From: Halorutilales archaeon Cl-col2-1
Lineage (GTDB): Archaea > Halobacteriota > Halobacteria > Halobacteriales > Afararchaeaceae
Reading direction: 5' to 3'
DNA: 64,000 nt
NCBI GenBank assembly: GCA_041891055.1
Contig: CP169074.1
Location: 800,001 to 864,000 of the forward strand
Shown one piece after another: positions 18,763 to 28,395 of this stretch. The notes beneath the pieces are model-generated. The model saw nothing but the letters and a program-made list of their open reading frames with translations, was not told where the DNA came from and did not search any database. A program made the position numbers and the translations under genes. Each line of letters begins with the position of its first letter. Within the stretch, counting starts at the first letter, position 1.

Positions 18763-20613
18763 TCAGACGCCCCAGAAGAAGTCTATTCCGACCGTTGTGA
18801 CGACTGCGAGAAGAGCCTGGAGGGGGGCACCGAGACGGAGGTAGTCGGTGAACCTGTACGAACCTGGGCTGTATACCATGAGGTTAGTCTGGTAGCCTAT
18901 CGGGGTCATGAAGGCGGCGTTCGCACCGAACATTACGCCCAGGAGAAAGGGGAACCCCTCAGAGCCGACGCGTGACGCCGCCTCGACGGCTATTGGAGCC
19001 ATGAGAACCGTGCTGGCGACGGGTGTTATGAGACTCGCTATGAGGCTCGTGAGCACATAGACAAGCCCGAGGACGCCTATGGGAGGAAGAACCTCGGCTG
19101 TGACTGCTATGAGAGACGCTATAAGCTGGTCGCCCCCCGTACGTTGCATCGCTACGCCGAGAGGGAGTATTCCGGCGAGGAGGAAGATTATCCTCCAGCT
19201 TACGGCGTCGTACGCCTGGTTCGTGTCTATACAGCCCGAGGCGACCATCACGACGACGCCCCCGAGTGCGGCTATGACTATCGGAACCAGACCTAGGGCG
19301 GCGACCCCCACCACGCCTGCCATAACGCCGAGTGCGACGGGTGTCTTCGATGAAAGAGGCACCGTCTCCTCCTCTTCCTCGACAGGCTCGTGTACTATCT
19401 CCTCGACATCGGGAAGCCGTGTTACGACTATGTCACGGCTGTCCTTGAGGAACTCAAAGGAGCCCTCGGTCGTCTGTAAGAGAAGACTGTCACCGTTTCT
19501 GATACTGAGTTCGTCGACACTCTGAACGACCTCGTCACCACGTCTCACGGCTAAGACCTTAGTGTCTAACTGTTCCTCAAGACCCGTCTCCTCGACTGTC
19601 TTTCCCACGAGACGTGATCCCTCGACCACGACCGCCTCGACGAGACGGCTCCTTCCCTCGGGCTTGTGGAGGCTCTTGGCTGTGACGTCTATCTTCCAGA
19701 GCCTTCTCAGACCGAACCTGTGGGCGAAGCTTCTCGCAGCCTCACGTCTCGCTCTCACGACGAGGACGTCTCCCGAGTCTATCCTCTGGTCGGTCGTCGC
19801 TGCGACGTAGGTCTCGGCGTCCCTACGTATCTGGAGGAGGTCTACCTCGGAGACTATCTCGGTCTCAACCTCGTCGACTGTCTTTCCGACCAGCGAAGAC
19901 TCATCGGTGACCTCGAAGATCCTTAGGCTGCCTCCGAGACCGAATGCCTCGGTGAGTGTCGCTGAGGGATCGATCCTGTCTGGTGTGAGATACCTCCCGA
20001 CCGTCAGGAGGTAGACAGCACCGACGCCGAAGACGACGACACCCAGCTTCGTGAACTCGAATACACGTATGGAACCGCGTTCGAGAAGACTACGCGTGAG
20101 GTCGCTGACGAGTATGTTGGTAGTGCTCCCGAGTACTGTGAGTGTTCCGCCGAGCATGGCAGCGTACGAAAGAGGGAGGAGAAGCTTCGAGGGTGACGTT
20201 CCTGTCTTCCTCGCTATGCCCTGCACCATGGGTATGAAGACGGCGACTATCGGAGTGTTGTTGACTATGCCGGCTGAGAGACCCGTGGCTCCGACTGTCG
20301 CGCCCAGGAGACGTATCTGGCTTCCCTCGGTCGTCCTCTCTATGTAGGAGCCCAGAATACCCACGGCTCCGGTTCTCTGGACGCCCTCGCTGAGTATGTA
20401 CATAGCCATCAGAGTTACAGTCGCCGCGCTTCCGAACCCCGAGACAGCGTCGCCAGCGCTCACACCCGTGACGGGCTCCAGGACGGCGAGTGAGACTAAG
20501 ACGCCGACAGCCGTCATGTCATTCGGAATCCACTCGGTTAGGAAGAGAAAGAGTGCGATCCCTATCAGACCGAAGACGACGAAGGTTCCTGTGGGATCCG
20601 GAGGAAGCGACAT
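18763..20613 (-). CDS. SLC13/DASS-family permease with two TrkA-C domains
   Basis: NNTP...V, GGTLTVLGSTTNI, TPIGYQTNLMV motifs and two S.LVGKTV TrkA-C repeats. Confidence 0.9.
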   Translation of the reverse strand: MSLPPDPTGTFVVFGLIGIALFLFLTEWIPNDMTAVGVLVSLAVLEPVTGVSAGDAVSGFGSAATVTLMAMYILSEGVQRTGAVGILGSYIERTTEGSQIRLLGATVGATGLSAGIVNNTPIVAVFIPMVQGIARKTGTSPSKLLLPLSYAAMLGGTLTVLGSTTNILVSDLTRSLLERGSIRVFEFTKLGVVVFGVGAVYLLTVGRYLTPDRIDPSATLTEAFGLGGSLRIFEVTDESSLVGKTVDEVETEIVSEVDLLQIRRDAETYVAATTDQRIDSGDVLVVRARREAARSFAHRFGLRRLWKIDVTAKSLHKPEGRSRLVEAVVVEGSRLVGKTVEETGLEEQLDTKVLAVRRGDEVVQSVDELSIRNGDSLLLQTTEGSFEFLKDSRDIVVTRLPDVEEIVHEPVEEEEETVPLSSKTPVALGVMAGVVGVAALGLVPIVIAALGGVVVMVASGCIDTNQAYDAVSWRIIFLLAGILPLGVAMQRTGGDQLIASLIAVTAEVLPPIGVLGLVYVLTSLIASLITPVASTVLMAPIAVEAASRVGSEGFPFLLGVMFGANAAFMTPIGYQTNLMVYSPGSYRFTDYLRLGAPLQALLAVVTTVGIDFFWGV

Positions 20614-20659
20614 ATGTCTACTCTGAACTCAGATCACATATAGGCTCGCCCGCGAAGGT

Positions 20660-21943
20660 TCAGACACCCCACGGATAGGTCTCGGGCTCGTACTCCTCGG
20701 TCTCCTCCGTCCTTATTGGGTTGAGGGAGTCGGTCTCGCTGAGGAAGACGAAGTAGTCGTAACGGTTCGATAGGCTCGTCGGGACGTAGTTGCCTGCCTC
20801 CCTGCGCGGGTTGTAGACTACGCCTATCGCTCTATGTCCCCTCTCCTCGTCGAAGACGTGAGAGTCGGTGTCAAGTATGAAGTCGCCTCCCGCCTCGTAG
20901 AAGACGTCCTCGTAGCTGTCTTGTTTCGCCTTGGGAACAGCCATCTCCTTCCAGGTCTCTCCCCAGCTTGAGGAGGCAATGACGTCGCCGTGGTGAGAGC
21001 CGAATCCCACGACCTCGACGTCTTCGTCGGGATTCGTCTCACGTATAAGCTGTCCGAGGTTTATCCTGCCTCTGTCGGGCATGTCGGTAGCTCTCGCGTC
21101 GCCGACGTGTGTGTTGTGAGCCCAGATCACCGCCTTGGCGTTGGCGTCTTCGTCCTCGGAGTGGTAGTCGACGAGACGTTCGGCGGTCTCCGTCATGTGT
21201 CTGTCACGGACGTTCCACGACTCCTTTCCTCCTCTCGTGAGAGATCTGTAGTACTCCTCCGCCTTCTTGGCTACCAGGGCGTTCTGTTCGGCGTCGAAGA
21301 ACGACTCGTGGTTCCTACCTACGTACTCCGACTGTCTCTCTTCGAGATGTGAGAGTATCTCGACAACCTCGTCCTCACATGTCTCGGGAACCATCCTAAG
21401 GGAACGTGAGTACTCCCTAGCGTCCTCGGAGTAGGGCTCGAAACACGCGTACGCCTTCCTGGCTTCTTCCGCCGCCTCGGGGTCAACGTCTTCGAGGTAC
21501 TCGACTACGCGTTCCATCGAGTCGAAGAGACTGTAGACATCGAGTCCGTAGAAGCCGACGTCTGAGTCGTGTTTCGCGTTGTATCTCCTGAGCCAGTCAA
21601 CGAACTCATGGACCTCCCAGTTAGCCCACATCCACTGAGGCCAGCGTTCGAACTCCGAGACGACGTCGTAGGCGTCCTTTTGGGTCTCCCCCGTGACATA
21701 ACGGTTTATCCTGTAACAGTCGGGCCAGTCACCCTCGACCCCCACGAACGAGAATCCCTTGTCATCTATGAGCCTAGCCGTAATACGTGACCTCCAGACG
21801 TAGTACTCGGAAGTTCCGTGAGACGCCTCCCCGAGTAGGACGTAGTTAGCGTCGCCTATCTCGTCGACGAGACTGTCTATGTTAGTCTGGGTGAGTCGGA
21901 CCGAGTTCTGACGTGCCGCAGCCACGGTGTCTTCACGCGACAT
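20660..21943 (-). CDS. Erythromycin esterase family protein
   Basis: LLGEASHGT.E.Y, VEGDWPD, WMWAN, WNVRD.HM, IWAHNTHVGDARAT, RAIGVVY. Confidence 0.93.
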   Translation of the reverse strand: MSREDTVAAARQNSVRLTQTNIDSLVDEIGDANYVLLGEASHGTSEYYVWRSRITARLIDDKGFSFVGVEGDWPDCYRINRYVTGETQKDAYDVVSEFERWPQWMWANWEVHEFVDWLRRYNAKHDSDVGFYGLDVYSLFDSMERVVEYLEDVDPEAAEEARKAYACFEPYSEDAREYSRSLRMVPETCEDEVVEILSHLEERQSEYVGRNHESFFDAEQNALVAKKAEEYYRSLTRGGKESWNVRDRHMTETAERLVDYHSEDEDANAKAVIWAHNTHVGDARATDMPDRGRINLGQLIRETNPDEDVEVVGFGSHHGDVIASSSWGETWKEMAVPKAKQDSYEDVFYEAGGDFILDTDSHVFDEERGHRAIGVVYNPRREAGNYVPTSLSNRYDYFVFLSETDSLNPIRTEETEEYEPETYPWGV

Positions 21944-22569
21944 TAGTATTCGAGGTACTCCCTCGCTTCGTCGTCGGTGACCTGTCTGAAAGACGAGTAG
22001 AACTGACCCACGGCTCTGAAGCTCGCGGGTGTCTCGACTGCGACGACCTCGTCAGCCTCGCCTCTCAGCATATCGACCGTATCGGGCGATCCGACGGGAA
22101 CCGCGAGAACGGTCTTCTCGGCTCCCGCCTCCTTGACAAGTCTGATACACGCTATCGCAGTCGCACCCGTCGCAACGCCGTCATCGACTATTACGACGGT
22201 CTGGTCTTCGAGGTCGGGTGCTTCACGTTCTCCCCTGTACTTTTCGAGCTTCTGTCTCGCCTTCTCGGCGACGTTACTCGTCTCGTCGTCTATGTAGTCG
22301 TCGTCGACACCCAGGTCATCGATCAGGCTCTCGTTGAGCCAGACACTACCGTCGCTCGCGACGGATCCTATCGCAAGCTCGGGGTTATGGGGTGCGCCCA
22401 TCTTCTTCGCCACTACGATATCGAGAGGTGCTTCGAGCGCGTCAGCGACCTCTCGTCCGAGAGGGAGACCCCCGCGGGGTATCGCGAGAACTATGTCGGC
22501 GTCTATTTCTCTCTCCTTAAGATCCTCGGCGAGCTTTCTCCCGGCGTCTATCCTATCGTCGAATGCCAT
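21943..22569 (-). CDS. Phosphoribosyltransferase family protein
   Basis: F.DR.DAGR.LA, PRGG, VIVDDGVATGAT PRPP-binding loop, AVGQFY. Confidence 0.92.
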   Translation of the reverse strand: MAFDDRIDAGRKLAEDLKEREIDADIVLAIPRGGLPLGREVADALEAPLDIVVAKKMGAPHNPELAIGSVASDGSVWLNESLIDDLGVDDDYIDDETSNVAEKARQKLEKYRGEREAPDLEDQTVVIVDDGVATGATAIACIRLVKEAGAEKTVLAVPVGSPDTVDMLRGEADEVVAVETPASFRAVGQFYSSFRQVTDDEAREYLEY

Positions 22570-22646
22570 AGCCGAGCTAAACCTTCGAGGCTGAAGTATA
22601 TGTGGGTGACAAACAACTATAATCCCTGAGTCTTTAGACAGTCACC

Positions 22647-23276
22647 ATGCTCGTGGAGATCCCTGTCGACGGAGTCGAACTCGAAGGCGATCTAATAATT
22701 CCTGACGGGGCCGAGTCGGTCGTAGTCTTCGCTCACGGAAGCGGAAGTAGCCGTAAGAGCCCGCGCAACAGGTACGTCGCCGAGGTTCTGCGCGAGAGAG
22801 GTCTCGGGACGCTTCTCTTCGACCTACTTACGGAAGAGGAGGACAGAAATAGGGAGAACAGGTTCGACATACCACTACTTACCGACAGGCTCGTCTCTGT
22901 TACCCGTTGGCTCTGGGACAGACAGGATACCGAAGACGAAGACTTCGACATCGGCTACTTCGGTTCGAGTACGGGCGCGGCGTCGGCGCTTAGGGGTAGC
23001 GCACGGCTGAGAGACGAGATAGAAGCGGTGGTGTCGAGAGGAGGACGCGTCGATCTCGCAGAGGAAGTCATAGACGAGGTCAAGTCGCCGACCCTCCTGA
23101 TAGTCGGAGGAGACGACACGCAGATACTCGAACTCAACCGCGAGATTCTAGAGAGGCTCGACTGTGAGAAGAGGCTACATATAGTCGAGGGCGCGGGGCA
23201 TCTCTTCGAGGGCGAGGGAGAGTTAGAAGAAGTCGCCGAGACCGCGGCGGACTGGTTCGAGAAGGAACTCAGATAA
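22647..23276 (+). CDS. Dienelactone-hydrolase-like alpha/beta hydrolase
   Basis: VFAHGSGSSR.SPRN, GYFGSSTGA, VVSRGGR.DLA, GAGHLF. Confidence 0.92.
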   Translation: MLVEIPVDGVELEGDLIIPDGAESVVVFAHGSGSSRKSPRNRYVAEVLRERGLGTLLFDLLTEEEDRNRENRFDIPLLTDRLVSVTRWLWDRQDTEDEDFDIGYFGSSTGAASALRGSARLRDEIEAVVSRGGRVDLAEEVIDEVKSPTLLIVGGDDTQILELNREILERLDCEKRLHIVEGAGHLFEGEGELEEVAETAADWFEKELR

Positions 23277-23284
23277 TAGATAAT

Positions 23285-24157
23285 ATGTACGACAAGATAC
23301 TCATACCCACCGACGGAAGCGACTGTGCCGACGAAGCCGCGAGACACGCCGTACGTATAGCCGAGAGGTTTGGTTCGGAGCTACACGTCCTCAACGCAGT
23401 CGAGACACACGAGTACGCGCCCACGGAAGGGGGTTCGATTGAGAGACAGGTCGACGTCGTTGAGGAGGAAGGCAGACAAGCAGTCGAGTCGGTATCGGAT
23501 ATGGCTTCGAAGAGAGATGTCGGGACGGTCGAGAAAGTATCGTACGGCTCCGTCCACGATGTCGTTCTCGACTATGTTGACAACGAGGGGATAGACCTCA
23601 TAGTCATGGGAACACACGGCAGGAAGGGTTTCCAGAGACTCCTCCTCGGGAGTAACGCCGCGAGAATACTCCGTAGATCCGAGGTGCCCGTCTTCACGGT
23701 TCCGTCACGGGGGGAAGACGAGTCAGACTACGTCTACGATGAGATACTCCTCCCAACCGACGGAAGCCCGGGATCGAAGGCGGCAGTCGAGAACGCAGTC
23801 GAGATAGCCCGGCAGTACGGCTCTACGGTTCACGTCGTCTATGTCATAGACGTACGGGTCGGAAGCTCGACAGGTGTGATACCCGACGTGGTCACCGCGC
23901 TTGAGAAGGAGGGCGAGAGAGCAACACGTGAGATCGCCGACGAGATAGATGAAGAGACAGAGGTCGTGACTGATGTTGTGATGGGAGTCCCCGGACGTGA
24001 GATAACCGATTACTCACGGGAACACGGTATCGACCTCATAGCTATGGGAACACACGGCAGGAAGGGCATAGGAAGGCTCCTCCTCGGGAGCACAGCCGAG
24101 ACGACAGTCCGAACCTCGGACGTCCCCGTCCTCACGGCTCGTACTGAGTCCGAATGA
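23285..24157 (+). CDS. Tandem-domain universal stress protein
   Basis: Two YD.IL.PTDGS ... DLI.MGTHGR.G..RLLLGS units. Confidence 0.94.
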   Translation: MYDKILIPTDGSDCADEAARHAVRIAERFGSELHVLNAVETHEYAPTEGGSIERQVDVVEEEGRQAVESVSDMASKRDVGTVEKVSYGSVHDVVLDYVDNEGIDLIVMGTHGRKGFQRLLLGSNAARILRRSEVPVFTVPSRGEDESDYVYDEILLPTDGSPGSKAAVENAVEIARQYGSTVHVVYVIDVRVGSSTGVIPDVVTALEKEGERATREIADEIDEETEVVTDVVMGVPGREITDYSREHGIDLIAMGTHGRKGIGRLLLGSTAETTVRTSDVPVLTARTESE

Positions 24158-24198
24158 CGGGAGTTTATTTATATCTGGTGTGATATATAGTGCTAAGT

Positions 24199-25572
24199 AT
24201 GGCACGTGACATAACTAAGAGACGGAGAGACGTCCTCAAGGGCATAGGTGCAGCAGGAATAGCGGGTCTCGCGGGATGTACAGGCGGAGGTAACGGCGGC
24301 GGAGAAGATGCTGAAGACTCTGGTGGAGACGATGGCGGTCAAGAGACGACCGACGACACCGGCGACGGAGGAAACGGCGGTGGGGAAGGTCCTGACGTAC
24401 TCAACATTATCGGGTATCCCCAGAGCGGAATACAGATATTCAAGGACTTCTACACCAACTTCGAGGGAGAAGCCGAGATAATCGTCCCCGACGGTCTGAG
24501 AGACGGAGAGCTTCCCCAGAGGGTAGGAGCCGACATGTCGAACGTAACGGGCACGGCTCCGGGTGCCGCGGGTCCCAACCAGGAGGCTTTCGAGGATCTC
24601 TACACAGACGAGTACGACTCCGAGCCGAGTGTCTTCACCTCGAACACCTACGACGCGACGGCTGTGCTTCTGCTTGCGAACGCCGCCGCTGGTGAGAACA
24701 ACGGGGAGGCTGTCAAGATGCAGATGAGACGCGTAGCTAACCCGCCCGGTGAGAAGTACGGACCCGGAGAGATAGCCGAGGCAGCCGAAGCAGCCGCAAA
24801 CGGTGAGGATATAAACTACGAGGGAGCGTCGAGTACCGTCGACTTCGACGACAGGGGCGACCCAACATCGGCTACGTACGACGTCTGGGAGTTCGGTGAC
24901 GAGGGGACAGAAGTCGTCGACTCGGTGAGCTTTACGGGTCAGGAGCCCGCCGGCGAGGCGGCTGACGAGTCGCCAGGTGGTCTAGGTAGGACTCTTCAGG
25001 TGGGTATACTCCTCCCCCAGACGGGAGACCTCGCCCCCCTCGGAAATCCGATGATAGACGCCGCTATGCTCCCGATAAACGAGATCAACAGCTCCGACGT
25101 CGACCTCGAAGTCGACCACTCAATTCAGGACACACAGACGAGCCAGTCGGCGGGTATAAGTGGGGCGGAGGCTCTCGTCAACTCGGGATACCCAGCCGTG
25201 GTCGGCGCGGCGTCGTCGGGTATCAACGTCCCCGTCTCGAAGAACGTCCTGATTCCCGCGGGTGTAGTCGGATGTTCGCCTTCGAGTACCGCTCTGAGTG
25301 TGTCCTTCCTAGAGGACGACGGCTACATATTCAGGACTGCGCCGAGTGATCTTCTCCAGGGACAGGCTATGGCACGTGTGGCGTCGGACAGGCTGGGAGC
25401 CTCGGCTGCCTCGACCTTCTACGTCAACAACTCGTACGGACAGCAGCTTTCCGAACAGTTCTCCGACAACTTCACCGAGGAGTACGGCGGAGAGGTATAC
25501 CACAAGGTCTCGTTCGAGAAACAGCAGTCGTCGTACACCGCTAAGCTCGAACAGGCACTGAGTCCTCAGTAA
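24199..25572 (+). CDS. Branched-chain amino-acid ABC transporter substrate-binding lipoprotein (circularly permuted)
   Basis: Tat lipoprotein signal RRRDVLK...LAGC. The usual LivJ N-terminal VGILLPQTGDLA motif lies at about residue 270. Confidence 0.88.
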   Translation: MARDITKRRRDVLKGIGAAGIAGLAGCTGGGNGGGEDAEDSGGDDGGQETTDDTGDGGNGGGEGPDVLNIIGYPQSGIQIFKDFYTNFEGEAEIIVPDGLRDGELPQRVGADMSNVTGTAPGAAGPNQEAFEDLYTDEYDSEPSVFTSNTYDATAVLLLANAAAGENNGEAVKMQMRRVANPPGEKYGPGEIAEAAEAAANGEDINYEGASSTVDFDDRGDPTSATYDVWEFGDEGTEVVDSVSFTGQEPAGEAADESPGGLGRTLQVGILLPQTGDLAPLGNPMIDAAMLPINEINSSDVDLEVDHSIQDTQTSQSAGISGAEALVNSGYPAVVGAASSGINVPVSKNVLIPAGVVGCSPSSTALSVSFLEDDGYIFRTAPSDLLQGQAMARVASDRLGASAASTFYVNNSYGQQLSEQFSDNFTEEYGGEVYHKVSFEKQQSSYTAKLEQALSPQ

Positions 25573-25581
25573 AAAGGAGGT

Positions 25582-26295
25582 TTAGCCTCCGAGGAACTCC
25601 TCTCTGACCTCGGGGTCTTCGAGGAGGTTGTCGCCGTCGTCGGAGAATCTGTTCTGTCCCTGTGCGAGGACGTATCCGCGGTCACATCTTCTGAGAGCTT
25701 CCTTCGCGTTCTGCTCGACCATGAGTATAGAGGTACCCGAGTCGTTGATCTCGTCTATCCTGTCGAACATCTCGTCGACTAAGTCGGGTGCTAAGCCAGC
25801 ACTCGGCTCGTCTAAGAGGAGTAGGTCGGGATCGAGCATCAGGGCGCGTCCCATAGCGAGCATCTGTCTCTGCCCTCCGCTCATACTCCCCGCTTTCTGG
25901 GACTTGCGTTCCTCCAGGACAGGGAAGTAGTCGAAGACGTCTTCGAGGGCTTCGTCGGGAACCTCGTCGAGTATATAGGCTCCCATCTCCAAGTTCTCGA
26001 TCACCGAGAGAGAGGTAAAGACGTTGTCGTTCTGGGGAACGTATCCTATCCCCTCGTGTATTATACTCTCGGGTTCGAGTCCGGTTATATCCTTCCCGTC
26101 GAATACGACCGAGCCGCCCATATGTGTCGTGAGACCGAAGACCGACTTCATCGCCGTCGACTTCCCGGCTCCGTTGGGTCCGACTATGGTGACGTACTCG
26201 CCTTCCTCGACCTCTAAGTCGACACCGTCGAGTATCTGGAGGTTTCCGTACCCCGCCTCTAAGCCGGATACTTCGAGTAACGCCATCTCAGACAC
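25582..26295 (-). CDS. livF: Branched-chain amino-acid ABC transporter ATP-binding protein
   Basis: GPNGAGKST, MSGGQRQMLAMGRAL, LLLDEPSAGLAP. Confidence 0.92.
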   Translation of the reverse strand: MSEMALLEVSGLEAGYGNLQILDGVDLEVEEGEYVTIVGPNGAGKSTAMKSVFGLTTHMGGSVVFDGKDITGLEPESIIHEGIGYVPQNDNVFTSLSVIENLEMGAYILDEVPDEALEDVFDYFPVLEERKSQKAGSMSGGQRQMLAMGRALMLDPDLLLLDEPSAGLAPDLVDEMFDRIDEINDSGTSILMVEQNAKEALRRCDRGYVLAQGQNRFSDDGDNLLEDPEVREEFLGG

Positions 26296-27067
26296 CTCCT
26301 AAGTAGGCTTCTATGACTCTCTCGTCTGACTTTACTTCCTCGGGTGTTCCGTCGGTCAGAACCTCTCCCTGGTGCATGAATACGACGTGTTCGCAGTTCT
26401 CCATTATGAGGTCGATGTCGTGCTCGACTATGAGGAAGGTGTAGCCGTCCTCCCTGAGATCGTGTATACGTTCGAGGAGCTTCTTCTCAAGAGTGGGGTT
26501 CACACCCGCGAAGGGTTCGTCTAAGAGGAGTGTGTCGGGATCTGTCATCATAGCCCTCGCCATCTCCAACAGCTTGAGCTGTCCGCCCGAGAGGTTACCC
26601 GCGTACTCCGTGGCGAGATGGTCTATCTCGAAGAACTCAAGCGTCTCCCACGCCTCCTCACGTATCTCCTCCTCGTCCTCGATTACGCCGCGGCGGGCTC
26701 CCGGAAGAACAGACCGCCAGAGCTTCTCACCTCTCTGGTTCTGTGGTGCGAGCATCATGTTTTCGAGGACAGTCATCTCGGATAGCTCGCGTGCTATCTG
26801 GAAGGTACGTACGAGACCCTTCTGTGCTATAACGTGGGGCTCGTCTCCGGTCACGTCGTTGCCCTCAAAGTAGACGTTTCCGCTCGTGGGCTTTATCTGT
26901 CCCGTGATGAGGTTGAACGTCGTCGACTTACCCGCGCCGTTGGGACCAATCAAGCCGGTTATAGTTCCCTTCTCCACTTCGAACGTAGCGCCGTCAACTG
27001 CGGTTATGCCGCCGAACTTCTTTCTGAGATCTTCGACCCTGAGAACGGCTGTCGAACTCCGGCTCAC
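26288..27067 (-). CDS. livG: Branched-chain amino-acid ABC transporter ATP-binding protein
   Basis: FGGITAVD, GPNGAGKSTTFN, RTFQ, DEPFAGVNP, V..AYLG. Confidence 0.92.
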   Translation of the reverse strand: MSRSSTAVLRVEDLRKKFGGITAVDGATFEVEKGTITGLIGPNGAGKSTTFNLITGQIKPTSGNVYFEGNDVTGDEPHVIAQKGLVRTFQIARELSEMTVLENMMLAPQNQRGEKLWRSVLPGARRGVIEDEEEIREEAWETLEFFEIDHLATEYAGNLSGGQLKLLEMARAMMTDPDTLLLDEPFAGVNPTLEKKLLERIHDLREDGYTFLIVEHDIDLIMENCEHVVFMHQGEVLTDGTPEEVKSDERVIEAYLGGV

Positions 27068-28395
27068 GTGTCACCACCTCCTTCGACGTCACCGCCTCCC
27101 TTCCTTACCGACAGATCGACCGCCGACGCCTCTTCTTTCCTGTGCCCTAAGAGTCCCTCAGGATGTCTCTGCATCAGCCAGATGAGGATCACACCCATTA
27201 TCACAAGACGGAGTGTACCTCTCAGGGACTCGACGACGTAGGCGACGAAGGGAGCGAAGTCGAGCGACAAGATAGGGGCGACCGCGTCGTCGAAAGCCGA
27301 CGGCGGGCTACCTATCTCGAAGACGTTAGTGACGACTTTGTTTAGGTAACGCGGTCCCTCCCAGAGACCCGCCGAGAAGACTGCGGCTCCCAGAACGCTT
27401 CCCGTGTTCGAGGACGAGCCGCCGATTATGAGTGCGACCCAGACGTAGAAGGTGAACTCAGGCTGGAAGACGTCGGGGTAGACACGTCCCTGGCTTCCTC
27501 TCCAGAGTATCCCGGCGAGCCCCATGAGGGCACAGCCGAGCATGAAGATCTTTATCTTGAAGACGTCGGTGTTCTTTCCGAGCGCACGAGCGACGTCCTC
27601 GTCCTCTCTCACCGCCTTGAGGACACGTCCAAAAGGCGAGAAGCCGACACGCATAGCGAGCCAGTAGATCGCTCCGACGAAGACTGCGAGTACGACAACA
27701 TAAGCCCACGAGACGACGACTGAACTCTGGATTCCCACCGACTCCATCACTGAGAAGACGGAGGCTCCGAAGCCGTTGGGCTCGCCGGCTCCCTCGGCTG
27801 TCTTGTAGAAGATCAGACGTACCGGGTTTTCGGGAGTGGCTATGCCGTTTCCTCCTCCCGTGCCGAGCCTCGTGCCGAGGAGTGTGAAGCTACCTAAGGC
27901 GTCCGACTTGAAGCTCAGACGGAGTATCTCGGCGAGTCCGACTGTCACTATAGCGAGATAGTCGGCGCGGAGACGCAGAGCAGGTAATGCGACTAAGAAG
28001 CCTAAGACTGCCGACGCCACCATTCCGGCTACTATACCGACGATGAGTGGCATTCCTAATCCGGGAACACCGAATCCGAGAGGAACCTCCTCCGCGGCGG
28101 GAACAGACGGACGTGTGAAGATCGCCGTCGTGTAGATACCGACAGCCATGAACCCCGTGACTCCTATATTAAAGAGGCCCGCGTATCCCCACTGGAGGTT
28201 GAGCGCGAGTGTGAGCATAGCGTAGACGGACGTCAGAAACGTCACTCGTCTGAGTGTGTTGGCTATTCCGTTGGTGCTCAGACCCAGAACCCCTCCTATG
28301 ACAGTGTAGACGACGTAGATACCGAACATCATCGCGGCTATCTTGACTGCGTCGTCGTCGAGAGCCTCAGCGAGTGCTTCTCTAGTACTATTCAT
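27064..28395 (-). CDS. livM: Branched-chain amino-acid ABC transporter permease
   Basis: LNLQWGYAGLFNIG, LRLRADYLAIVT, SPFGRVLKAVREDE. Confidence 0.92.
   Translation of the reverse strand: MNSTREALAEALDDDAVKIAAMMFGIYVVYTVIGGVLGLSTNGIANTLRRVTFLTSVYAMLTLALNLQWGYAGLFNIGVTGFMAVGIYTTAIFTRPSVPAAEEVPLGFGVPGLGMPLIVGIVAGMVASAVLGFLVALPALRLRADYLAIVTVGLAEILRLSFKSDALGSFTLLGTRLGTGGGNGIATPENPVRLIFYKTAEGAGEPNGFGASVFSVMESVGIQSSVVVSWAYVVVLAVFVGAIYWLAMRVGFSPFGRVLKAVREDEDVARALGKNTDVFKIKIFMLGCALMGLAGILWRGSQGRVYPDVFQPEFTFYVWVALIIGGSSSNTGSVLGAAVFSAGLWEGPRYLNKVVTNVFEIGSPPSAFDDAVAPILSLDFAPFVAYVVESLRGTLRLVIMGVILIWLMQRHPEGLLGHRKEEASAVDLSVRKGGGDVEGGGDT

Noticed and set aside
20660-21943. Macrolide resistance gene (ereA/ereB)
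   Set aside because: The motifs and the PRTase linkage fit the Rv2030c-like subfamily. Nothing in the sequence supports a resistance function.
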